A stretch of 64,000 nt of DNA from Bdellovibrionales bacterium (GTDB lineage Bacteria; Bdellovibrionota; Bdellovibrionia; Bdellovibrionales; UBA1609): contig OZ241329.1 in the NCBI GenBank assembly GCA_965199825.1, positions 352,001 through 416,000 on the forward strand, read 5' to 3'. Shown piece after piece: positions 10,886-24,572 of the stretch. The notes beneath the pieces are model-generated. The model searched no databases, had not been told where the DNA came from, and worked only from the letters and a program-made list of their open reading frames with translations. Numbering within the stretch: position 1 is the stretch's first letter; the number at the start of each line of letters is the position of its first letter. Position numbers and translations under genes: made by a program.

Positions 10886-12985
10886 TTATCTTCCGAGATG
10901 TGAGAGAATCTCTTGCTCGACTTTTGTGGGAACTAAAGCATAGCGATTGAACTTCATACTGAAGCTTGCGCGGCCTTGGCTCAGAGAGCGGATCTCAGTG
11001 GCGTAACCAAAGAGCGTCATCAGAGGAACTTCAGCCTGTATGACCTGCATTTGATTTTTCGTACTGTAGGAAACAACTTTTCCGCGACGTGAATTCAAAT
11101 CCCCAATTACACTGCCCATAAATTCTTCGGGAGTTTGAATTTCCACATCAAATAAGGGTTCAAGCAATTGTGTTTTGTTTTTGCCAACTGCATCTCTAAA
11201 AGCAAGAGTGGAGGCCACCTTACAACTCAGCTCTGTCGACTCTTTGTCTCGAAGTTGAACCTGTTTGAGCGTTAATTTCATATCAACAAATCGATATCCA
11301 CCTAAGGGCCCCACTTCAGCGGCTTCGCGAAGCCCTTGCTCAATGGCAGAAACAAATTCTTTTGGAATTTTAAAATCTTTAGGCAACTCATTTTCAAATT
11401 TTATTCCTGCAGCATTTTCGAGCGGCTCAATTTCGACCTGGACTTCGGCAAACTGGGCATCGCCGCCCACTTCTTTTTGAAACAAACCTTTGCCTTGGGT
11501 AGAATTGAATATGCGTTCTCTAAAAGAAACTTGGGGCTTACCCACACTCGCTTTGACTTTGTATTCACGCAGCAATCGATCAACCAAAATTTCGAGATGC
11601 AACTCGCCCATACCTGACAACAGCATCTGACCGGTCTCTGGATCTGTGCGCACACTGCTTGAGGGATCTTCTTGAGCCAGACGCTGAAGGCCTTGAAGCA
11701 TTTTTTCCTGATCGGCAACGGATTGGGCTTCAATCGCCACCGAAATGACAGGCTCAGGAAATTGAATGGTTTCTAAAACCACGGGACGTCCAACACTACA
11801 CAAGGTATCGCCAGTTCCTGTGAGTTTAAGCCCAATGACCGCGCCGATATCGCCAGCTTTGAGGCTAGGAACTTCTTCGCGAGAATTTGCGTGCATTTTC
11901 ACAAGACGTTGGATGCGTTCTTTTTTGTTGAGACGAGGATTTAAGAGAGCTTCACCCGCTTTGACCTCTCCAGAATAAACCCGGATGTACGTCAAAGAAG
12001 TGGCAAATGAGTCTACCGCTATCTTAAACGCGAGAGCCGCGGCTGGACTTTCGAAATCGGTTTTACATACAATTTGTTTATCTGGATCTTGAGTACTGAA
12101 ACCTACAATGTCAGGCACATCCAGTGGACTTGGAAGATAGGCCACAATTGAATCTAAAAGAGGTTGGATCCCTTTATTTTTAAAAGCTGCTCCGCAAAGT
12201 ACCGGCTGAAATTTTAGTGATAATGTGGCGTGACGGATTCCTTGTACGATTTCTTCTTCTGTTAGTTGATGACCTTCAAGATAGCGGGTCATAAGAACAT
12301 CATCGAGCTCGGCTATCTTTTCGATTAGGAATTCTCGTGCCTCTTTTGCGGCTTCTTCAAGTTCTAAAGGGATGGGAGCTAACTCAAAATCCTCACCCTT
12401 CCCTTTTTCGGGCCAGATGAGCGCCTGCATTTTGATAAGATCAATCACCCCGCGAAACTGATCCTCAGCCCCGATCGGAATTTGGAGAGGGACAGGATTG
12501 CCGCCTAGTTTTTCGCTAATAGTTTGAACACTGTAATCGAAGTCGGCACCAACTCGATCCATTTTGTTTATAAAGCAAATTCGTGGAACGTGATAGCGAT
12601 CAGCTTGCCGCCAAACAGTCACCGTTTGGGGCTCGACGCCATTGACGCCGTCAAAAACTGCAACCGCGCCATCCAGCACACGGAGCGAGCGTTCAACTTC
12701 GAGGGTAAAATCAACATGTCCCGGGGTATCAATCAAATTAAGACGATGATCTTTCCACTGCAAAGTGGTCGCAGCGGCAGTGATCGTAATGCCACGCTCT
12801 TGCTCTTGTTCCATCCAATCCATCGTGGTGTTGCCCTCGTGGACTTCACCAATGCGATGATTGCGACCGGAGTAATAAAGGATGCGTTCTGTGGTAGTTG
12901 TTTTACCAGCATCGATGTGAGCCATGATGCCGATATTTCGGGTCAGCCGCAGATCTTCAAGCTTTGAGGGTTCACCTGCGGCCAT
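10886..12985 (-). CDS. fusA: Elongation factor G family GTPase (divergent domain IV)
   Basis: [29 protein letters not shown]; follows rpsL-rpsG. Confidence 0.95.
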   Translation of the reverse strand: MAAGEPSKLEDLRLTRNIGIMAHIDAGKTTTTERILYYSGRNHRIGEVHEGNTTMDWMEQEQERGITITAAATTLQWKDHRLNLIDTPGHVDFTLEVERSLRVLDGAVAVFDGVNGVEPQTVTVWRQADRYHVPRICFINKMDRVGADFDYSVQTISEKLGGNPVPLQIPIGAEDQFRGVIDLIKMQALIWPEKGKGEDFELAPIPLELEEAAKEAREFLIEKIAELDDVLMTRYLEGHQLTEEEIVQGIRHATLSLKFQPVLCGAAFKNKGIQPLLDSIVAYLPSPLDVPDIVGFSTQDPDKQIVCKTDFESPAAALAFKIAVDSFATSLTYIRVYSGEVKAGEALLNPRLNKKERIQRLVKMHANSREEVPSLKAGDIGAVIGLKLTGTGDTLCSVGRPVVLETIQFPEPVISVAIEAQSVADQEKMLQGLQRLAQEDPSSSVRTDPETGQMLLSGMGELHLEILVDRLLREYKVKASVGKPQVSFRERIFNSTQGKGLFQKEVGGDAQFAEVQVEIEPLENAAGIKFENELPKDFKIPKEFVSAIEQGLREAAEVGPLGGYRFVDMKLTLKQVQLRDKESTELSCKVASTLAFRDAVGKNKTQLLEPLFDVEIQTPEEFMGSVIGDLNSRRGKVVSYSTKNQMQVIQAEVPLMTLFGYATEIRSLSQGRASFSMKFNRYALVPTKVEQEILSHLGR

Positions 12986-12997
12986 ACTAAAACGAAG

Positions 12998-13471
12998 TTA
13001 CCAATTGTAATGTGAAAACGCTTTGTTGGCTTCTGCCATACGGTGCACGTCTTCTTTTTTCTTAATTGCATTTCCGCGGTTGTTGTAAGCGTCTGCAATT
13101 TCTCCAGCGATTCTTAAGGCCATCGATTTTTCACCACGTTCGCGGCAATTGTCGACGATCCAACGCATTGCGAGTGCAAGCCTTCGTGATGGACGAACAT
13201 CCACTGGAACCTGATAAGTTGCTCCACCCACTCGGCGTGACCGAACTTCGAGAGAAGGCTTACAGTTTTCAATCGCTTTTTTAAATACGGTCAAAGGCTC
13301 TTCACCAGATACCTTTGTGCGCAACTCATCAAACGCCTCATAGACAGCTTGCTGAGCAACACTTTTTTTACCGCTGTACATCACCTTGTTAACAAATTTG
13401 GCCAATGTCAGATCATTGTAAACAGGATCTGGTTGGAATTCTCTTTTGTAGGTCCCTTTTCTTCGCGACAT
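12998..13471 (-). CDS. rpsG: 30S ribosomal protein S7
   Basis: [28 protein letters not shown]. Confidence 0.99.
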   Translation of the reverse strand: MSRRKGTYKREFQPDPVYNDLTLAKFVNKVMYSGKKSVAQQAVYEAFDELRTKVSGEEPLTVFKKAIENCKPSLEVRSRRVGGATYQVPVDVRPSRRLALAMRWIVDNCRERGEKSMALRIAGEIADAYNNRGNAIKKKEDVHRMAEANKAFSHYNW

Positions 13472-13479
13472 GATCTTCC

Positions 13480-13854
13480 TTATTTCTTAGGTCGTTTTGC
13501 GCCGTATTTTGAACGGGCGCGTTTGCGATCTTGAACACCTTGGGTATCTAATACTCCACGGATAATGTGGTATCGAACACCTGGTAGATCTTTGACCCGT
13601 CCACCCCGAACCAAAACCACACTGTGCTCTTGGAGGTTGTGACCAATACCTGGAATGTAAGAATTCACTTCAAAACCATTCGACAACCGAACACGGGCAA
13701 CTTTACGCAAAGCCGAGTTTGGTTTTTTAGGAGTGGTTGTAAATACGCGCGTACAAACCCCACGGCGTTGTGGGCAGCTATCAAGTGCGGGCGATTTAGA
13801 CTTATCTTTTTGCGCGCGACGTGATGACCGTATGAGCTGATTAATCGTTGGCAT
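13480..13854 (-). CDS. rpsL: 30S ribosomal protein S12
   Basis: [28 protein letters not shown]. Confidence 0.99.
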   Translation of the reverse strand: MPTINQLIRSSRRAQKDKSKSPALDSCPQRRGVCTRVFTTTPKKPNSALRKVARVRLSNGFEVNSYIPGIGHNLQEHSVVLVRGGRVKDLPGVRYHIIRGVLDTQGVQDRKRARSKYGAKRPKK

Positions 13855-13938
13855 CTTTAACCCTTTGACGAAAAATAAAAACTAGTAACCTCACTGACCA
13901 TTTTCGTCAACTCATAGTCAGTGAGATCGTTTCAAAGA

Positions 13939-16900
13939 TTAATTAACAGTTTGTCCTTGAGCATTGGTCATCGGAAACCCACCTGGCAAAGATGAACTCA
14001 TATCGCCTGCAGTTTCATCGACAGTGACCTTCCATTTTTTGTAGGTAGAAAGTCCAGTGCCCGCAGGAACCAATCGACCCATGATGATGTTCTCTTTGAG
14101 TCCCATCAAATCATCGGTCTTCGAATTTACCGCAGCATCGGTCAAAACTTTTGTAGTCTCTTGGAAAGAGGCTGCAGAAATCCAGCTATCGGTACTCAGA
14201 GAAACTTTGGTGATTCCGAGCAATAAAGGATCACAGACTGCGGGTTGGCCGCCTTCTTTAATCACTCGCTCGTTCTCATCTTCGTACTCGTTTCTTTCGA
14301 CTTGTTCGCCATTTAAGAACCGAGTGTCTCCAGTATCAACAACCTGAACTTTTCTGAGCATCATGCGCACAATCACTTCGATGTGTTTGTCGTTAATGCC
14401 CACACCTTGAAGTCGGTAAACCTCTTGGATTTCGTTAACGAGATATGCAGCAAGCGCTTTGTCACCCAACACTTTTAAAATGTCGTGGGGGTTACTTGGT
14501 CCATCCATCAAAGCTTCACCAGCTTTAACGAACTCGCCTTCGCGTACCGCAACGTGTTTCCCTTTTGGAATTAAATATTCTTTTTGTTCACCCACGTCTG
14601 GAGTGACGATCACACGCTGTTTGCCTTTAACGTCTTTCCCGAAGGTCACATATCCATCAATTTCAGAAATGATCGCGGCTTCTTTGGGTTTACGAGCTTC
14701 AAACAACTCAGCCACCCGTGGAAGACCCCCTGTAATATCGCGAGTTTTTGAAGTTTCGCGGTGAATTTTTGCGATCACATCACCAGCATGAACCTCTTGA
14801 CCATCAACGATAATCAGCTGTGCTCCCACTGGAATCACATAGCGTGCAGGAATATTTCGATTGGGCAGATTAATGCTTTCACCCTGTGGAGTTTTGAGCA
14901 GCACAGTTGGTTTCGCTTCTGCCGATTTGCTATCGGTGATCACTTTGGTTGCGAATCCAGTTACAGGATCCACTTGCTCTTGCATGGAGACCCCTTCTTC
15001 AATGTCTTGGAAAAATACAGTTCCAGACACATCGGCAACAATGGGATTTGAGTAGGGATCCCACTCTGCAAGGACATCGCCTTTTTTAACTTCTTGGTTT
15101 TCTTTGAAGTTTAAAACCGCACCGTAAACAAGTTTGAAACGATCGCGTTCGCGACCCGAAGAATCGACGATGGTGAGATCACCATTTCGATTCATCACGG
15201 TCAATTTGCCGTTCTTATTTTCAACTGTATGGACGTCGACCAGCTTTAAAGTTCCCTCGTATCGAGCGGTATGAAGGGACTGTTCAACTGCACGTGAGGC
15301 CGTACCACCTAAGTGGAAGGTTCTCATCGTCAGCTGTGTTCCGGGCTCACCAATCGATTGAGCCGCGATAATTCCTACAGCTTCACCGAGGTTGACCACG
15401 TTTCCACGCGCGAGATCACGACCATAACATTTCACACAAGTTCCGCGACGAGTTTTACATGTCAAAACCGATCGGATGCTCACCATCTCGATACCGGCTT
15501 CATCGACACGTTTGACTACGTCCTCGGTGATTTCTTGATTGGCTTGTAGAATCACTTCGTCGCTGTAGGGGTCACGAATATCAGCAAGTGCGGTTCGTCC
15601 AAGGATGCGATCACCAATCGGTTGAATGATCTCGCCACCTTCAAGCAGTGGGCGAACTTCCATTCCGTTTGTGGTGCCGCAATCGATTTCGTTGATAACG
15701 ATATCTTGAGCCACATCCACTAAACGACGAGTGAGGTATCCTGAGTTTGCGGTTTTAAGTGCCGTATCTGCTAACCCTTTTCGAGCTCCGTGAGTCGAAA
15801 TAAAGTATTGCAAAACCGAAAGACCTTCGCGGAAATTTGCAGTGATTGGCGTTTCGATAATTTCGCCTGATGGTTTCGCCATCAAACCACGCATACCCGC
15901 AAGCTGTCGAATCTGAGCTGCGGATCCTCGTGCTCCAGAATCGGCCATAATAAAAATAGGATTAAAGCTTGCGCTCTCAACAGTTTTTCCATCGACCACA
16001 AAATTTTGTTTCTCGAGCTGAGCCATCATTTCTTTTGCGATCTTGTCACCGCACTGAGCCCAAATATCCACAACCTTGTTGTAGCGCTCACCATCGGTGA
16101 TCAAACCTTCATCATACTGCGCGCGAATTTCTTGAACCGCTTTTTCGGATTCACTCAACATCGTCGCTTTTGCTTCTGGAATATAAAGATCATCAAGACA
16201 GATCGAAATACCAGCCATCGTTGAATAACGAAATCCAAGGGTCATCAATTTATCTGCCAAGATGACAGTGGCTTTAGCACCGGCAAGTCGGAAAGATTTA
16301 TCGATTAAATCGGCAAGTGCTTTTTTATTCATCACTCGATTTGTAGTTTCAAACGGGACACCCATTGGGACGATATCACTCAAGATTGAGCGACCAACGC
16401 TTGTGTCCTGCATTTTTCCATTGATGCGGCAGCGAATTGCAGCTTGGAGGTCAAGATGTCCCATCTCGAATGCATAAAGAACTTCTTGGACCGATCCAAA
16501 AACTTTTTTGGTTCCTTTTGCTCCAGGACGAACGCGAGTCATCCAATAAATTCCAAGCACAATATCTTGTGTGGGATTGATGATCGGTTTGCCGTTAGCA
16601 GGACTTAAAATATTATTTGTGGACATCATCAAAACGCGGGCTTCAACTTGTGCTTCTACAGAAAGCGGTACGTGTACGGCCATTTGATCGCCATCGAAAT
16701 CGGCGTTGAAGGCTGTACAAACAAGCGGATGAAGCTGAATCGCTTTTCCTTCATGCAGAACCGGCTCGAAAGCTTGAATTCCAAGTCTATGAAGAGTGGG
16801 TGCGCGATTTAAGAGTACAGGATGCTCTTTGACCACGTCAGATAAAATATCCCAAACTTCAACCGATTCTTGCTCCACCAATTTTTTGGCTTGCTTGATG

Positions 16901-18078
16901 GTTGTGGCGAATCCGCGCTCTTCAAGCTTGTTGTAAACAAACGGTTTAAAAAGTTCGAGAGCCATTTTTTTGGGTAAACCGCACTGATGCAGTTTGAGTT
17001 CAGGTCCGACCACGATAACGGATCGACCAGAATAATCCACCCGTTTACCGAGCAAATTCTGTCTAAATCGACCTTGTTTACCTTTAAGCATGTCGCTCAA
17101 AGATCGCAGAGGTCGTTTGTTGGGGCCAGTAAATGTTTTGCCGCGGCGACCATTATCGAGCAACGCATCCACAGCTTCTTGAAGCATTCGTTTTTCGTTA
17201 CGAATAATAATGTCTGGTGCGTTTAATTCTTGAAGCCGTTTGAGACGATTATTTCGATTGATCACTCGACGATAAAGATCGTTCAAATCGGAAGTGGCGA
17301 AGCGCCCGCCGTCCAAGGGGACCAAGGGTCTAAGATCAGGCGGAATCACTGGCAATGCTTCAAGCATCATCCAGTCAGGTTTATTAATAGACTGTTTAAA
17401 AGCTTCGACAACTTTTAGACGTTTTGTGTGTTTTTTAATTTGGGCTTCGGATTTTGTATCCTTAAGATCGAGCCGCAATTTACGCGAAAGGTATTCAGGA
17501 TCCACCTTACGCAAAAGATCACGAACCGATTCGCCGCCCATTCCAGCTTTGAAATTTGGACCAAATTCGTTAAGAGCATTTTGATAAGCTTCTTCGGAAA
17601 GAATCTGTCCTTCTTCGAGCGAAGTCTCCATGGGGTCGATGACCACATAGGCTTCACAATAAAGAACCCGCTCGACATCTTTGAGAGTGAGATCAAGTAA
17701 ATTGCCGATTCGACTTGGAAGTGAGCGTAAAAACCAAATGTGTGCAACAGGTGTTGCCAACTCAATATGACCGAGACGTTCACGACGAACTTTTGTTTGG
17801 GTGACTTCAACACCGCATTTTTCGCAGATCACTCCGCGATATTTCATGCGTTTATACTTTCCGCACAAACATTCGTAATCTTTAATAGGTCCAAAGATTT
17901 TGGCACAGAACAATCCATCACGCTCGGGCTTGAATGTCCGGTAGTTAATGGTCTCTGGTTTTTTGACCTCACCAAACGACCACTCGCGAATCATCTCTGG
18001 CGAGGCCAGAGAGATACGCACAGAATCGAATGACAATGGATCTTTGGGTTTATCGAAAAAGTTTAATAGATCCTTCAC
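13939..18078 (-). CDS. rpoC: RNA polymerase beta' subunit
   Basis: NADFDGD catalytic motif, CLCGKY...CEKC Zn finger, ARKGLADTA bridge helix. Confidence 0.99.
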   Translation of the reverse strand: MKDLLNFFDKPKDPLSFDSVRISLASPEMIREWSFGEVKKPETINYRTFKPERDGLFCAKIFGPIKDYECLCGKYKRMKYRGVICEKCGVEVTQTKVRRERLGHIELATPVAHIWFLRSLPSRIGNLLDLTLKDVERVLYCEAYVVIDPMETSLEEGQILSEEAYQNALNEFGPNFKAGMGGESVRDLLRKVDPEYLSRKLRLDLKDTKSEAQIKKHTKRLKVVEAFKQSINKPDWMMLEALPVIPPDLRPLVPLDGGRFATSDLNDLYRRVINRNNRLKRLQELNAPDIIIRNEKRMLQEAVDALLDNGRRGKTFTGPNKRPLRSLSDMLKGKQGRFRQNLLGKRVDYSGRSVIVVGPELKLHQCGLPKKMALELFKPFVYNKLEERGFATTIKQAKKLVEQESVEVWDILSDVVKEHPVLLNRAPTLHRLGIQAFEPVLHEGKAIQLHPLVCTAFNADFDGDQMAVHVPLSVEAQVEARVLMMSTNNILSPANGKPIINPTQDIVLGIYWMTRVRPGAKGTKKVFGSVQEVLYAFEMGHLDLQAAIRCRINGKMQDTSVGRSILSDIVPMGVPFETTNRVMNKKALADLIDKSFRLAGAKATVILADKLMTLGFRYSTMAGISICLDDLYIPEAKATMLSESEKAVQEIRAQYDEGLITDGERYNKVVDIWAQCGDKIAKEMMAQLEKQNFVVDGKTVESASFNPIFIMADSGARGSAAQIRQLAGMRGLMAKPSGEIIETPITANFREGLSVLQYFISTHGARKGLADTALKTANSGYLTRRLVDVAQDIVINEIDCGTTNGMEVRPLLEGGEIIQPIGDRILGRTALADIRDPYSDEVILQANQEITEDVVKRVDEAGIEMVSIRSVLTCKTRRGTCVKCYGRDLARGNVVNLGEAVGIIAAQSIGEPGTQLTMRTFHLGGTASRAVEQSLHTARYEGTLKLVDVHTVENKNGKLTVMNRNGDLTIVDSSGRERDRFKLVYGAVLNFKENQEVKKGDVLAEWDPYSNPIVADVSGTVFFQDIEEGVSMQEQVDPVTGFATKVITDSKSAEAKPTVLLKTPQGESINLPNRNIPARYVIPVGAQLIIVDGQEVHAGDVIAKIHRETSKTRDITGGLPRVAELFEARKPKEAAIISEIDGYVTFGKDVKGKQRVIVTPDVGEQKEYLIPKGKHVAVREGEFVKAGEALMDGPSNPHDILKVLGDKALAAYLVNEIQEVYRLQGVGINDKHIEVIVRMMLRKVQVVDTGDTRFLNGEQVERNEYEDENERVIKEGGQPAVCDPLLLGITKVSLSTDSWISAASFQETTKVLTDAAVNSKTDDLMGLKENIIMGRLVPAGTGLSTYKKWKVTVDETAGDMSSSLPGGFPMTNAQGQTVN

Positions 18079-18088
18079 GCGTGCTCCT

Positions 18089-21000
18089 TTATTGCTCTAA
18101 CATTCCAGTTGGCTGTTCAGTTAGAATATCTGATTCGATCAACTCCACGTTCAGCGCCAAGCTTTGTAGCTCTTTGACTAAAACGTTAAACGATTCGGGC
18201 AGACCGGGTTCCAAAACATTTTCGCCTTTAACAATGCTTTCATACATTCGGGTTCGTCCAGCAACGTCATCCGACTTCACAGTGAGGAATTCTTGTAGAG
18301 AATATGCCGCACCGTAAGCTTCGATTGCCCAGACTTCCATCTCTCCCAAACGCTGACCACCGAACTGAGCTTTTCCACCCAGAGGCTGTTGCGAAACAAG
18401 AGAGTAGGGGCCGATCGAGCGTGCATGAATCTTTTCTTCAACCAAGTGATGAAGTTTGAGCATGTACATCACGCCCACTGTCACCGCGAGTTGGAAGGGC
18501 TCACCCGTTCGACCATCAAACAAAACTGTTTGGCCGCTGAGAGGAAGTTTGGCTCTTGCTAGTAAATCTTTAACATCTTTTTCTTTGGCGCCATCAAACA
18601 CAGGAGTTGCCACATGAATACCATATTTCACTTTATGAAGCATGGTTTTAAGCGACTGCTCGTCTGCGGTTTTGATCACCTCGGTGACTTCGTCGTCACC
18701 TTTAAAGGCGGCAAGCAAAGCCTGTCGAGAATCTTCAGCCTTAAAGTTGTCAATGTGCTGCGCCAATTGATGCCCAATTCCATGAGCGGCCCAGCCCAAA
18801 TGAACCTCTAAGATTTGCCCGATATTCATACGGCTCGGAACCCCAAGAGGATTCAAGACCATATCGACAGGACGACCATCTGCTAAAAAGGGCATGTCTT
18901 CGACTGGAAGAACTTTTGACACAACCCCTTTGTTTCCATGGCGACCCGCAAATTTATCTCCCACTTGGAGTTTACGTTTGATCGCAATGTAGACCTTGAC
19001 CATCTTGATCACGCCCGGAGGAAGTTCATCCCCTTTTTTGAGGCGATCCATTTTTTCAGAAAACACCATTTTGACCGCATCAAGCTGATTTCGTGCGGCA
19101 TCAATAATACGTGTGACTTGATATTCAATCTCTTGATCCAAGGGAACGTAGCTTAAAAGTTCAAATGGAATTGTTTCGAGATCGGCATTCGAAATTGTTT
19201 GGCCTTTGCTCAACAATTTTTGTGAACCATCTTCGTTTAACAAAACACCTGTAGTCACTTTTCCAACAAGCACATCTTTGAGTTTATCAAGTGCACTGTT
19301 GCGAATCACGTTTTGCTCAACCGAGAAATCTTTTTCTAATTTTTTGCGTTTCTCATCAATGATGCTTTGAAGACGCTCGTCACGATCAGATCCTTCGCGA
19401 CTGTAAACCTGAGCATCGATCACTGTGCCTTCGACACCTGATGGAACTCGTAGAGATGTGTCACGCACATCGCCCGCTTTTTCACCAAAGATAGCTCGAA
19501 GTAGTTTCTCTTCAGGTGAAAGCTGAGTTTCGCCTTTAGGAGTGACCTTACCAACCAAAATATCATTCGGCTTAACTTCAGCACCTATACGGATGATTCC
19601 AGATGCATCTAAATCTTTGAGAGCCTCTTCGCCAACGTTTGCGATATCTCGGGTGATTTCTTCTTTACCCAGTTTTGTATCGCGAGCCACACACTCGAAT
19701 TCTTCGATATGAATTGAGGTGTAGGTATCGTCTTGAACTAAACGCTCAGAGATCAGAATTGAATCCTCGAAATTGTAGCCCATCCAAGGTGTGAACGCGA
19801 CCAGGATGTTTTGACCAAGAGCCAACTCACCGAGTTCGGTGGAAGGACCATCGGCGATCACATCACTGCGTTTCACTTTATCGCCCACTTTTACGATGGG
19901 CTTCTGGTTAAAACATGTGTTTTGGTTGGTGCGTTGATATTTTGTTAAGTTGTAAATATCGACGTTAGCACCGAGTTCACCGCCCTTAGCAAAACGGCGG
20001 ACCACAACGCGACTTGCATCGACTTCTTCAACGATACCATCATTTTGACAGACCACGCTGGTTCCCGAATCACGAGCAACCAAGCGCTCAACACCCGTTC
20101 CAACGAGTGGAGCACGAGCTTTCAATAACGGAACCGCTTGGCGCTGCATGTTTGAACCCATCAAAGCGCGGTTCGCATCATCATGCTCAAGAAATGGAAT
20201 CAGCGATGCCGCGATCGACACCAACTGACTCGGCGAAACGTCCATCAATGAGACTTTATCTTTTTCGATAATTTCGTATTCACCATTGATCCGCACCGAA
20301 ACGTTGTCCGTGGTCAATTTGCTTTTAACCACGTCTTTACCGGCTTGAGCGATGTAGTGACCCGCTTCTTCTAGGGCAGACATGTAAACGATGTTGTCGG
20401 AGATCGATCCACCTTCGACTTTTCGAAATGGGGTTTCGATGAATCCATAATCATTAATGCGCGCAAAAGTTGCGAGCGAAGCGATCAAACCAATGTTTGG
20501 ACCTTCTGGAGTTTCGATCGGACAAATCCGGCCGTAATGGGTGGGATGCACGTCACGCACTTCGAATCCGGCGCGATCGCGAGTCAAACCACCAGGTCCA
20601 AGTGCTGACAAACGGCGTTTATGAGTAATTTCGGAAAGTGGATTTGTTTGATCCATAAACTGCGAGAGCTGGCTTGAACCAAAGAATTCTTTTACAACTG
20701 CGTTCACCGGTTTAGCGTTAACCAAATCATGGGGCATCATTGTTTCAACATCTTGAAGGCTCATGCGCTCACGAATTGCTCGCTCCATACGAACTAAACC
20801 AATTCTGTATTGGTTCTCTAACAATTCACCAACAGATCGAACACGGCGATTTCCTAAATGATCAATATCATCGATCACACCTTGACCGTTTTTAAGATCA
20901 ATCAGCGTTTTTACAACGGACATGATATCTTTTTCGGTCAGTGTTCGATGGTCCACAGGGCATTCTTCAAATGGAATACTAAAGCGGTGATTGATTTTTA

Positions 21001-22240
21001 ATCGACCGACTTCGCTTAAATCATAAGTTTCGGGATCAAAAAACAAACGTTTAAAAAATGCGGTTGCTGCATCTTCAGTTGGCGGCTCGCCAGGTCGCAA
21101 GCGCTTATAGATCTCGATTAAGGATTCTTCTTTGGTGGCGACTTTATCAACCAACAAAGTATTGCGGAGATAAGGACCTACTGCCAAGCCGTCAAAAAAG
21201 ATCACCGAGAATTCTTTAATTCCGGCCTTGATGGCGCGATCAACAATGCTTGCCGACATTTCGGTATTGGCATCCGCAATGATCTCACCGGTTTCTTCGT
21301 CGATCAGTGGTCGTGCGATTACTTTTCCATCAAGATCATCGCGCGCGACTTCGATCTCTTTCATATCAAGAGATTTTACTTTTTTAACAATGGCGCGGGT
21401 GATTCGGCGACCCGACTTCACAATCACTTCTTCAGTTTTAGGATCGATAATATCTGACAGAGCTCTTTGACCCGCCATTCGCTCGATATCGAGGGTGCGG
21501 TAGAGTTTGCCATCTTTTTTAACTTTTACGGTATCGAGATGATAAAAATGTTCGAGCAATTGTTCTGTGCCAAAACCCAATGCTTTGAGCAATATGGTCA
21601 CTGGAAATTTGCGTCGACGATCGATACGAACGTAAATTAAATCTTTTTGATCAAATTCAAAATCAAGCCATGAGCCGCGATAAGGAATCACACGAGCCGA
21701 ATAAATTAATTTTCCGCTCGCATTATTTTTACCACTATCATGATCGAAAAACACACCGGGTGACCGATGCAGCTGACTGACAACCACACGCTCGGTTCCG
21801 TTAATAATAAATGAACCATTGGCCGTCATGAGGGGTATTTCGCCAAGGTACACTTCTTGTTCTTTTACATCGCGAATGCTACGAGCTTCGGTCGCTTCAT
21901 CAACATCAAAAACGATGAGACGCAGAGTCACTTTAATGGGAGCAGCAAAGGTCATCCCACGCTGTCTGCACTCATCGACGTCATATTTTGCAGGCTCGAG
22001 TGAGAAACTCACAAACTCGAGGCTTGCGGTATTATTGAAATCTGTAATCGGAAATACCGATTTAAAAACGCCCTGAAGTCCTAGATCACCACGACGGTCG
22101 GGATCGACATCACGTTGAAGAAAAGCCTCGTAAGACTTCTTCTGAAGTTCGATTAAATTTGGAATGTCGATCAAATGTTTTGTTTTCGCAAAACTTTTTC
22201 TTAACCTGACATTGGAAGCGGTAATAGGAGTTAAGCTCAT
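18089..22240 (-). CDS. rpoB: RNA polymerase beta subunit
   Basis: [39 protein letters not shown]. Confidence 0.99.
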   Translation of the reverse strand: MSLTPITASNVRLRKSFAKTKHLIDIPNLIELQKKSYEAFLQRDVDPDRRGDLGLQGVFKSVFPITDFNNTASLEFVSFSLEPAKYDVDECRQRGMTFAAPIKVTLRLIVFDVDEATEARSIRDVKEQEVYLGEIPLMTANGSFIINGTERVVVSQLHRSPGVFFDHDSGKNNASGKLIYSARVIPYRGSWLDFEFDQKDLIYVRIDRRRKFPVTILLKALGFGTEQLLEHFYHLDTVKVKKDGKLYRTLDIERMAGQRALSDIIDPKTEEVIVKSGRRITRAIVKKVKSLDMKEIEVARDDLDGKVIARPLIDEETGEIIADANTEMSASIVDRAIKAGIKEFSVIFFDGLAVGPYLRNTLLVDKVATKEESLIEIYKRLRPGEPPTEDAATAFFKRLFFDPETYDLSEVGRLKINHRFSIPFEECPVDHRTLTEKDIMSVVKTLIDLKNGQGVIDDIDHLGNRRVRSVGELLENQYRIGLVRMERAIRERMSLQDVETMMPHDLVNAKPVNAVVKEFFGSSQLSQFMDQTNPLSEITHKRRLSALGPGGLTRDRAGFEVRDVHPTHYGRICPIETPEGPNIGLIASLATFARINDYGFIETPFRKVEGGSISDNIVYMSALEEAGHYIAQAGKDVVKSKLTTDNVSVRINGEYEIIEKDKVSLMDVSPSQLVSIAASLIPFLEHDDANRALMGSNMQRQAVPLLKARAPLVGTGVERLVARDSGTSVVCQNDGIVEEVDASRVVVRRFAKGGELGANVDIYNLTKYQRTNQNTCFNQKPIVKVGDKVKRSDVIADGPSTELGELALGQNILVAFTPWMGYNFEDSILISERLVQDDTYTSIHIEEFECVARDTKLGKEEITRDIANVGEEALKDLDASGIIRIGAEVKPNDILVGKVTPKGETQLSPEEKLLRAIFGEKAGDVRDTSLRVPSGVEGTVIDAQVYSREGSDRDERLQSIIDEKRKKLEKDFSVEQNVIRNSALDKLKDVLVGKVTTGVLLNEDGSQKLLSKGQTISNADLETIPFELLSYVPLDQEIEYQVTRIIDAARNQLDAVKMVFSEKMDRLKKGDELPPGVIKMVKVYIAIKRKLQVGDKFAGRHGNKGVVSKVLPVEDMPFLADGRPVDMVLNPLGVPSRMNIGQILEVHLGWAAHGIGHQLAQHIDNFKAEDSRQALLAAFKGDDEVTEVIKTADEQSLKTMLHKVKYGIHVATPVFDGAKEKDVKDLLARAKLPLSGQTVLFDGRTGEPFQLAVTVGVMYMLKLHHLVEEKIHARSIGPYSLVSQQPLGGKAQFGGQRLGEMEVWAIEAYGAAYSLQEFLTVKSDDVAGRTRMYESIVKGENVLEPGLPESFNVLVKELQSLALNVELIESDILTEQPTGMLEQ

Positions 22241-22274
22241 CCGGTCTCCTTAGCTTAATAAAAACCATTTACGA

Positions 22275-22312
22275 CAAAAAACAATGAAGGCCCTCCCTTA
22301 AGGAAAGCCCTC
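22275..22312 (-). terminator. Intrinsic terminator/attenuator between rplL and rpoB
   Basis: Minus strand GAGGGCTTTCC/GGAGGGCCTTC hairpin (G-U pairs) followed by ATTGTTTTTT. Confidence 0.65.
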
Positions 22313-22330
22313 TTCTCAATCCGTGTGGGA

Positions 22331-22699
22331 CTACTTGATTTCGACGGTCGCGCCGGCTTTGGTTAAAGCCTCTTTAATTTTGTTCGCTTCGTCTTTTGAA
22401 ACACCTTCTTTTAATGCTTTTGGCGCACTCTCAACAAGATCTTTTGCTTCTTTAAGACCCAAGCCAGTCAGTGCTCGGACTTCTTTGATCGCATTGATTT
22501 TGTTTGCTCCAGCACTTGTTAGAATTACGGTGAATTCAGTTTGTGCTTCAGCAGGTGCAGCAGCAGCACCAGGTGCAGCAGCCATTGCCATTGGAGCAGC
22601 GGCGCTTACGCCCCACTTTTCTTCAAGAGTTTTGATCATTTCAGCCAATTCGATAACTGGCATGTTGGATAGGAACGTGACGACTTCTTCTTTGTTCAT
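22331..22699 (-). CDS. rplL: 50S ribosomal protein L7/L12
   Basis: [10 protein letters not shown] hinge, [19 protein letters not shown]. Confidence 0.99.
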   Translation of the reverse strand: MNKEEVVTFLSNMPVIELAEMIKTLEEKWGVSAAAPMAMAAAPGAAAAPAEAQTEFTVILTSAGANKINAIKEVRALTGLGLKEAKDLVESAPKALKEGVSKDEANKIKEALTKAGATVEIK

Positions 22700-22720
22700 T
22701 GTTACTCCTCTAAATAATTT

Positions 22721-23242
22721 TTAAGATTTTTGTTCTTTGTAAGCATTCAAGACTCGCGCAAAACCAGCTGGGACCGCCTGCATTGTGCCTAACAACTTGG
22801 TCATTGGAGCTTGCAGGGTTCCGAGCAACTGCGCACGCAATTGATCTTTACCAGGCAATGTCGCCAAATAGTTGATCTGGGCTTCACTTAGGTTTTTACC
22901 TTCCATTACGCCTGACTTGACTTGCAGGGTTTCCATTTCTTTTTGGAAACCTTGAAGCAATTTTGCAGACGCACTGGGGTCGGCATAAGAAAACACAATG
23001 GCGTTTGTACCGACCAAAGAATCGCTAAATTCTTTATAGTCCGGTTTATCCATCACGGCTCTCATTGCCAGCGTGTTGCGAACGACCTTCATTTCAGATT
23101 CAATTGGGCCGAGTGACTTTCTAATTTTTGTCACTTGTTCCACATTTAAGCCTTTGTAATCGACTAAAAATGCGGCTTTGGCTCGATCAAACCGTCCTGA
23201 GAGGTCGGTGATCTCTTGTGCTTTACGCTCTTTTGTCATCAT
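22721..23242 (-). CDS. rplJ: 50S ribosomal protein L10
   Basis: DYKGLNV, VVRNTL, LATLP; between rplA and rplL. Confidence 0.97.
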   Translation of the reverse strand: MMTKERKAQEITDLSGRFDRAKAAFLVDYKGLNVEQVTKIRKSLGPIESEMKVVRNTLAMRAVMDKPDYKEFSDSLVGTNAIVFSYADPSASAKLLQGFQKEMETLQVKSGVMEGKNLSEAQINYLATLPGKDQLRAQLLGTLQAPMTKLLGTMQAVPAGFARVLNAYKEQKS

Positions 23243-23289
23243 AAGCGATACACCTCCTTTTTCCCGTAAATTGTTGCGCGTTCAGAACT

Positions 23290-23378
23290 CACGAGAGGAG
23301 ATGTATAAACAAATCCTCGCTCGTCTCGGCGGGCGGAAAATCCATTATGCTTTAAGCACCACGCTATCTGTGACCGCG
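23290..23378 (-). promoter_or_regulatory. L10 leader (autoregulatory RNA upstream of rplJ)
   Basis: Minus strand AGAT-AGCGTGG...TAAT...CCCGCCG-AGAC resembles the L10-leader core, followed by a second hairpin, in the expected rplA-rplJ spacer. Confidence 0.6.
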
Positions 23379-23401
23379 ATCGTTTCATAAAAATCATTCT
23401 C

Positions 23402-24106
23402 CTAGCTGACAAGGCTCTGAGTTTGACTCAAATCCATTCGAACTCCAGGACCCATGGTCGAGGAAATAGTAATACCAAGCAAATAATTGCCTTTGCTTGT
23501 TTGGGGTTTTGCTTTGAGCAATGCCGCCATCAGCGTGAGGTAGTTTTCTTTTAATTTATCTGCACCCATTGATTTGCGACCGACTACAGCATGCACAGTG
23601 CCAGCTTTGTCCACCCTAAAATCAAGTTTTCCCTTTTTTTCTGCGGTGACCGCAGCTTCCACGTTCATGGTGACAGTTCCGACTTTGGGGTTCGGCATTA
23701 AACCTCGAGGACCCAAAATCTTTGCAACTTTACTTACCGTTGCCATCATGTCTGGTGTGGCAATGCACTTATCAAAATCCAACCAACCACCTTGAATTTT
23801 AGCTACCAAATCGTCAGAGCCAACAACATCGGCACCCGCTTTTTTGGCTTCTTCTTCTTTGGGGCCTTTTGCAAACACAACCACGCGAACGTTTTTGCCC
23901 AAACCATTTGGTAAGGACACTGCTCCGCGAACTTGTTGATCGGATTGCTTTGGATCAACACCGAGATTGATTGCAACGTCGATGGCTTCGTCAAATTTTG
24001 CTTTGGCGCATTCGACAACTAACTTGAACGCTTCATCGACCGCGTAGCGTTGATTGCGATCGATTGATTCTAATGATTTTTTATAAGCCTTACTTTGTTT
24101 AGCCAT
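23402..24106 (-). CDS. rplA: 50S ribosomal protein L1
   Basis: [38 protein letters not shown]. Confidence 0.99.
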   Translation of the reverse strand: MAKQSKAYKKSLESIDRNQRYAVDEAFKLVVECAKAKFDEAIDVAINLGVDPKQSDQQVRGAVSLPNGLGKNVRVVVFAKGPKEEEAKKAGADVVGSDDLVAKIQGGWLDFDKCIATPDMMATVSKVAKILGPRGLMPNPKVGTVTMNVEAAVTAEKKGKLDFRVDKAGTVHAVVGRKSMGADKLKENYLTLMAALLKAKPQTSKGNYLLGITISSTMGPGVRMDLSQTQSLVS

Positions 24107-24107
24107 A

Positions 24108-24533
24108 TTACCCTACAACCTCTAAGCCCATGCTGCGGGCGGTTCCGATCACCTGACTTGCGGCGGCCTCGACTGTCATGCAGTTGAGATCGGGAAGTTT
24201 GGTTTTCGCGATTTCATTGATTTGCGCCATTGTCACTTTGCCCACTTTATCTTTTTGTGGGGTTTTTGATCCGCTCTCAACTTTTGAAGCTTTCTTCAAA
24301 AGAATCGAAACGGGCGCGGTTTTGGTAATGAAGGTAAACGTTCTGTCTGAGTAAACAGTAATAATAACGGGCACGATGGTATCACCCATCTTTTGCGTGC
24401 GCGCATTAAACTGCTTACAAAATTCCATAATGTTTACCCCTTGCTGCCCGAGCGCCGGTCCAACGGGAGGAGCTGGATTTGCCTTCCCTGCCGGTATTTG
24501 TAACTTGATGTAACCTGTAATCTTACGAGCCAT
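24108..24533 (-). CDS. rplK: 50S ribosomal protein L11
   Basis: [29 protein letters not shown]. Confidence 0.99.
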   Translation of the reverse strand: MARKITGYIKLQIPAGKANPAPPVGPALGQQGVNIMEFCKQFNARTQKMGDTIVPVIITVYSDRTFTFITKTAPVSILLKKASKVESGSKTPQKDKVGKVTMAQINEIAKTKLPDLNCMTVEAAASQVIGTARSMGLEVVG

Positions 24534-24572
24534 TTGCCCACTCCTAAAAACAGTTGGGGTTAATTAAATCTT

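Noticed and set aside
13939..22240. Inteins, fusion or rifampicin-resistance changes in rpoB/rpoC
   Set aside because: Ordinary lengths, separate genes, wild-type-like Rif cluster I sequence
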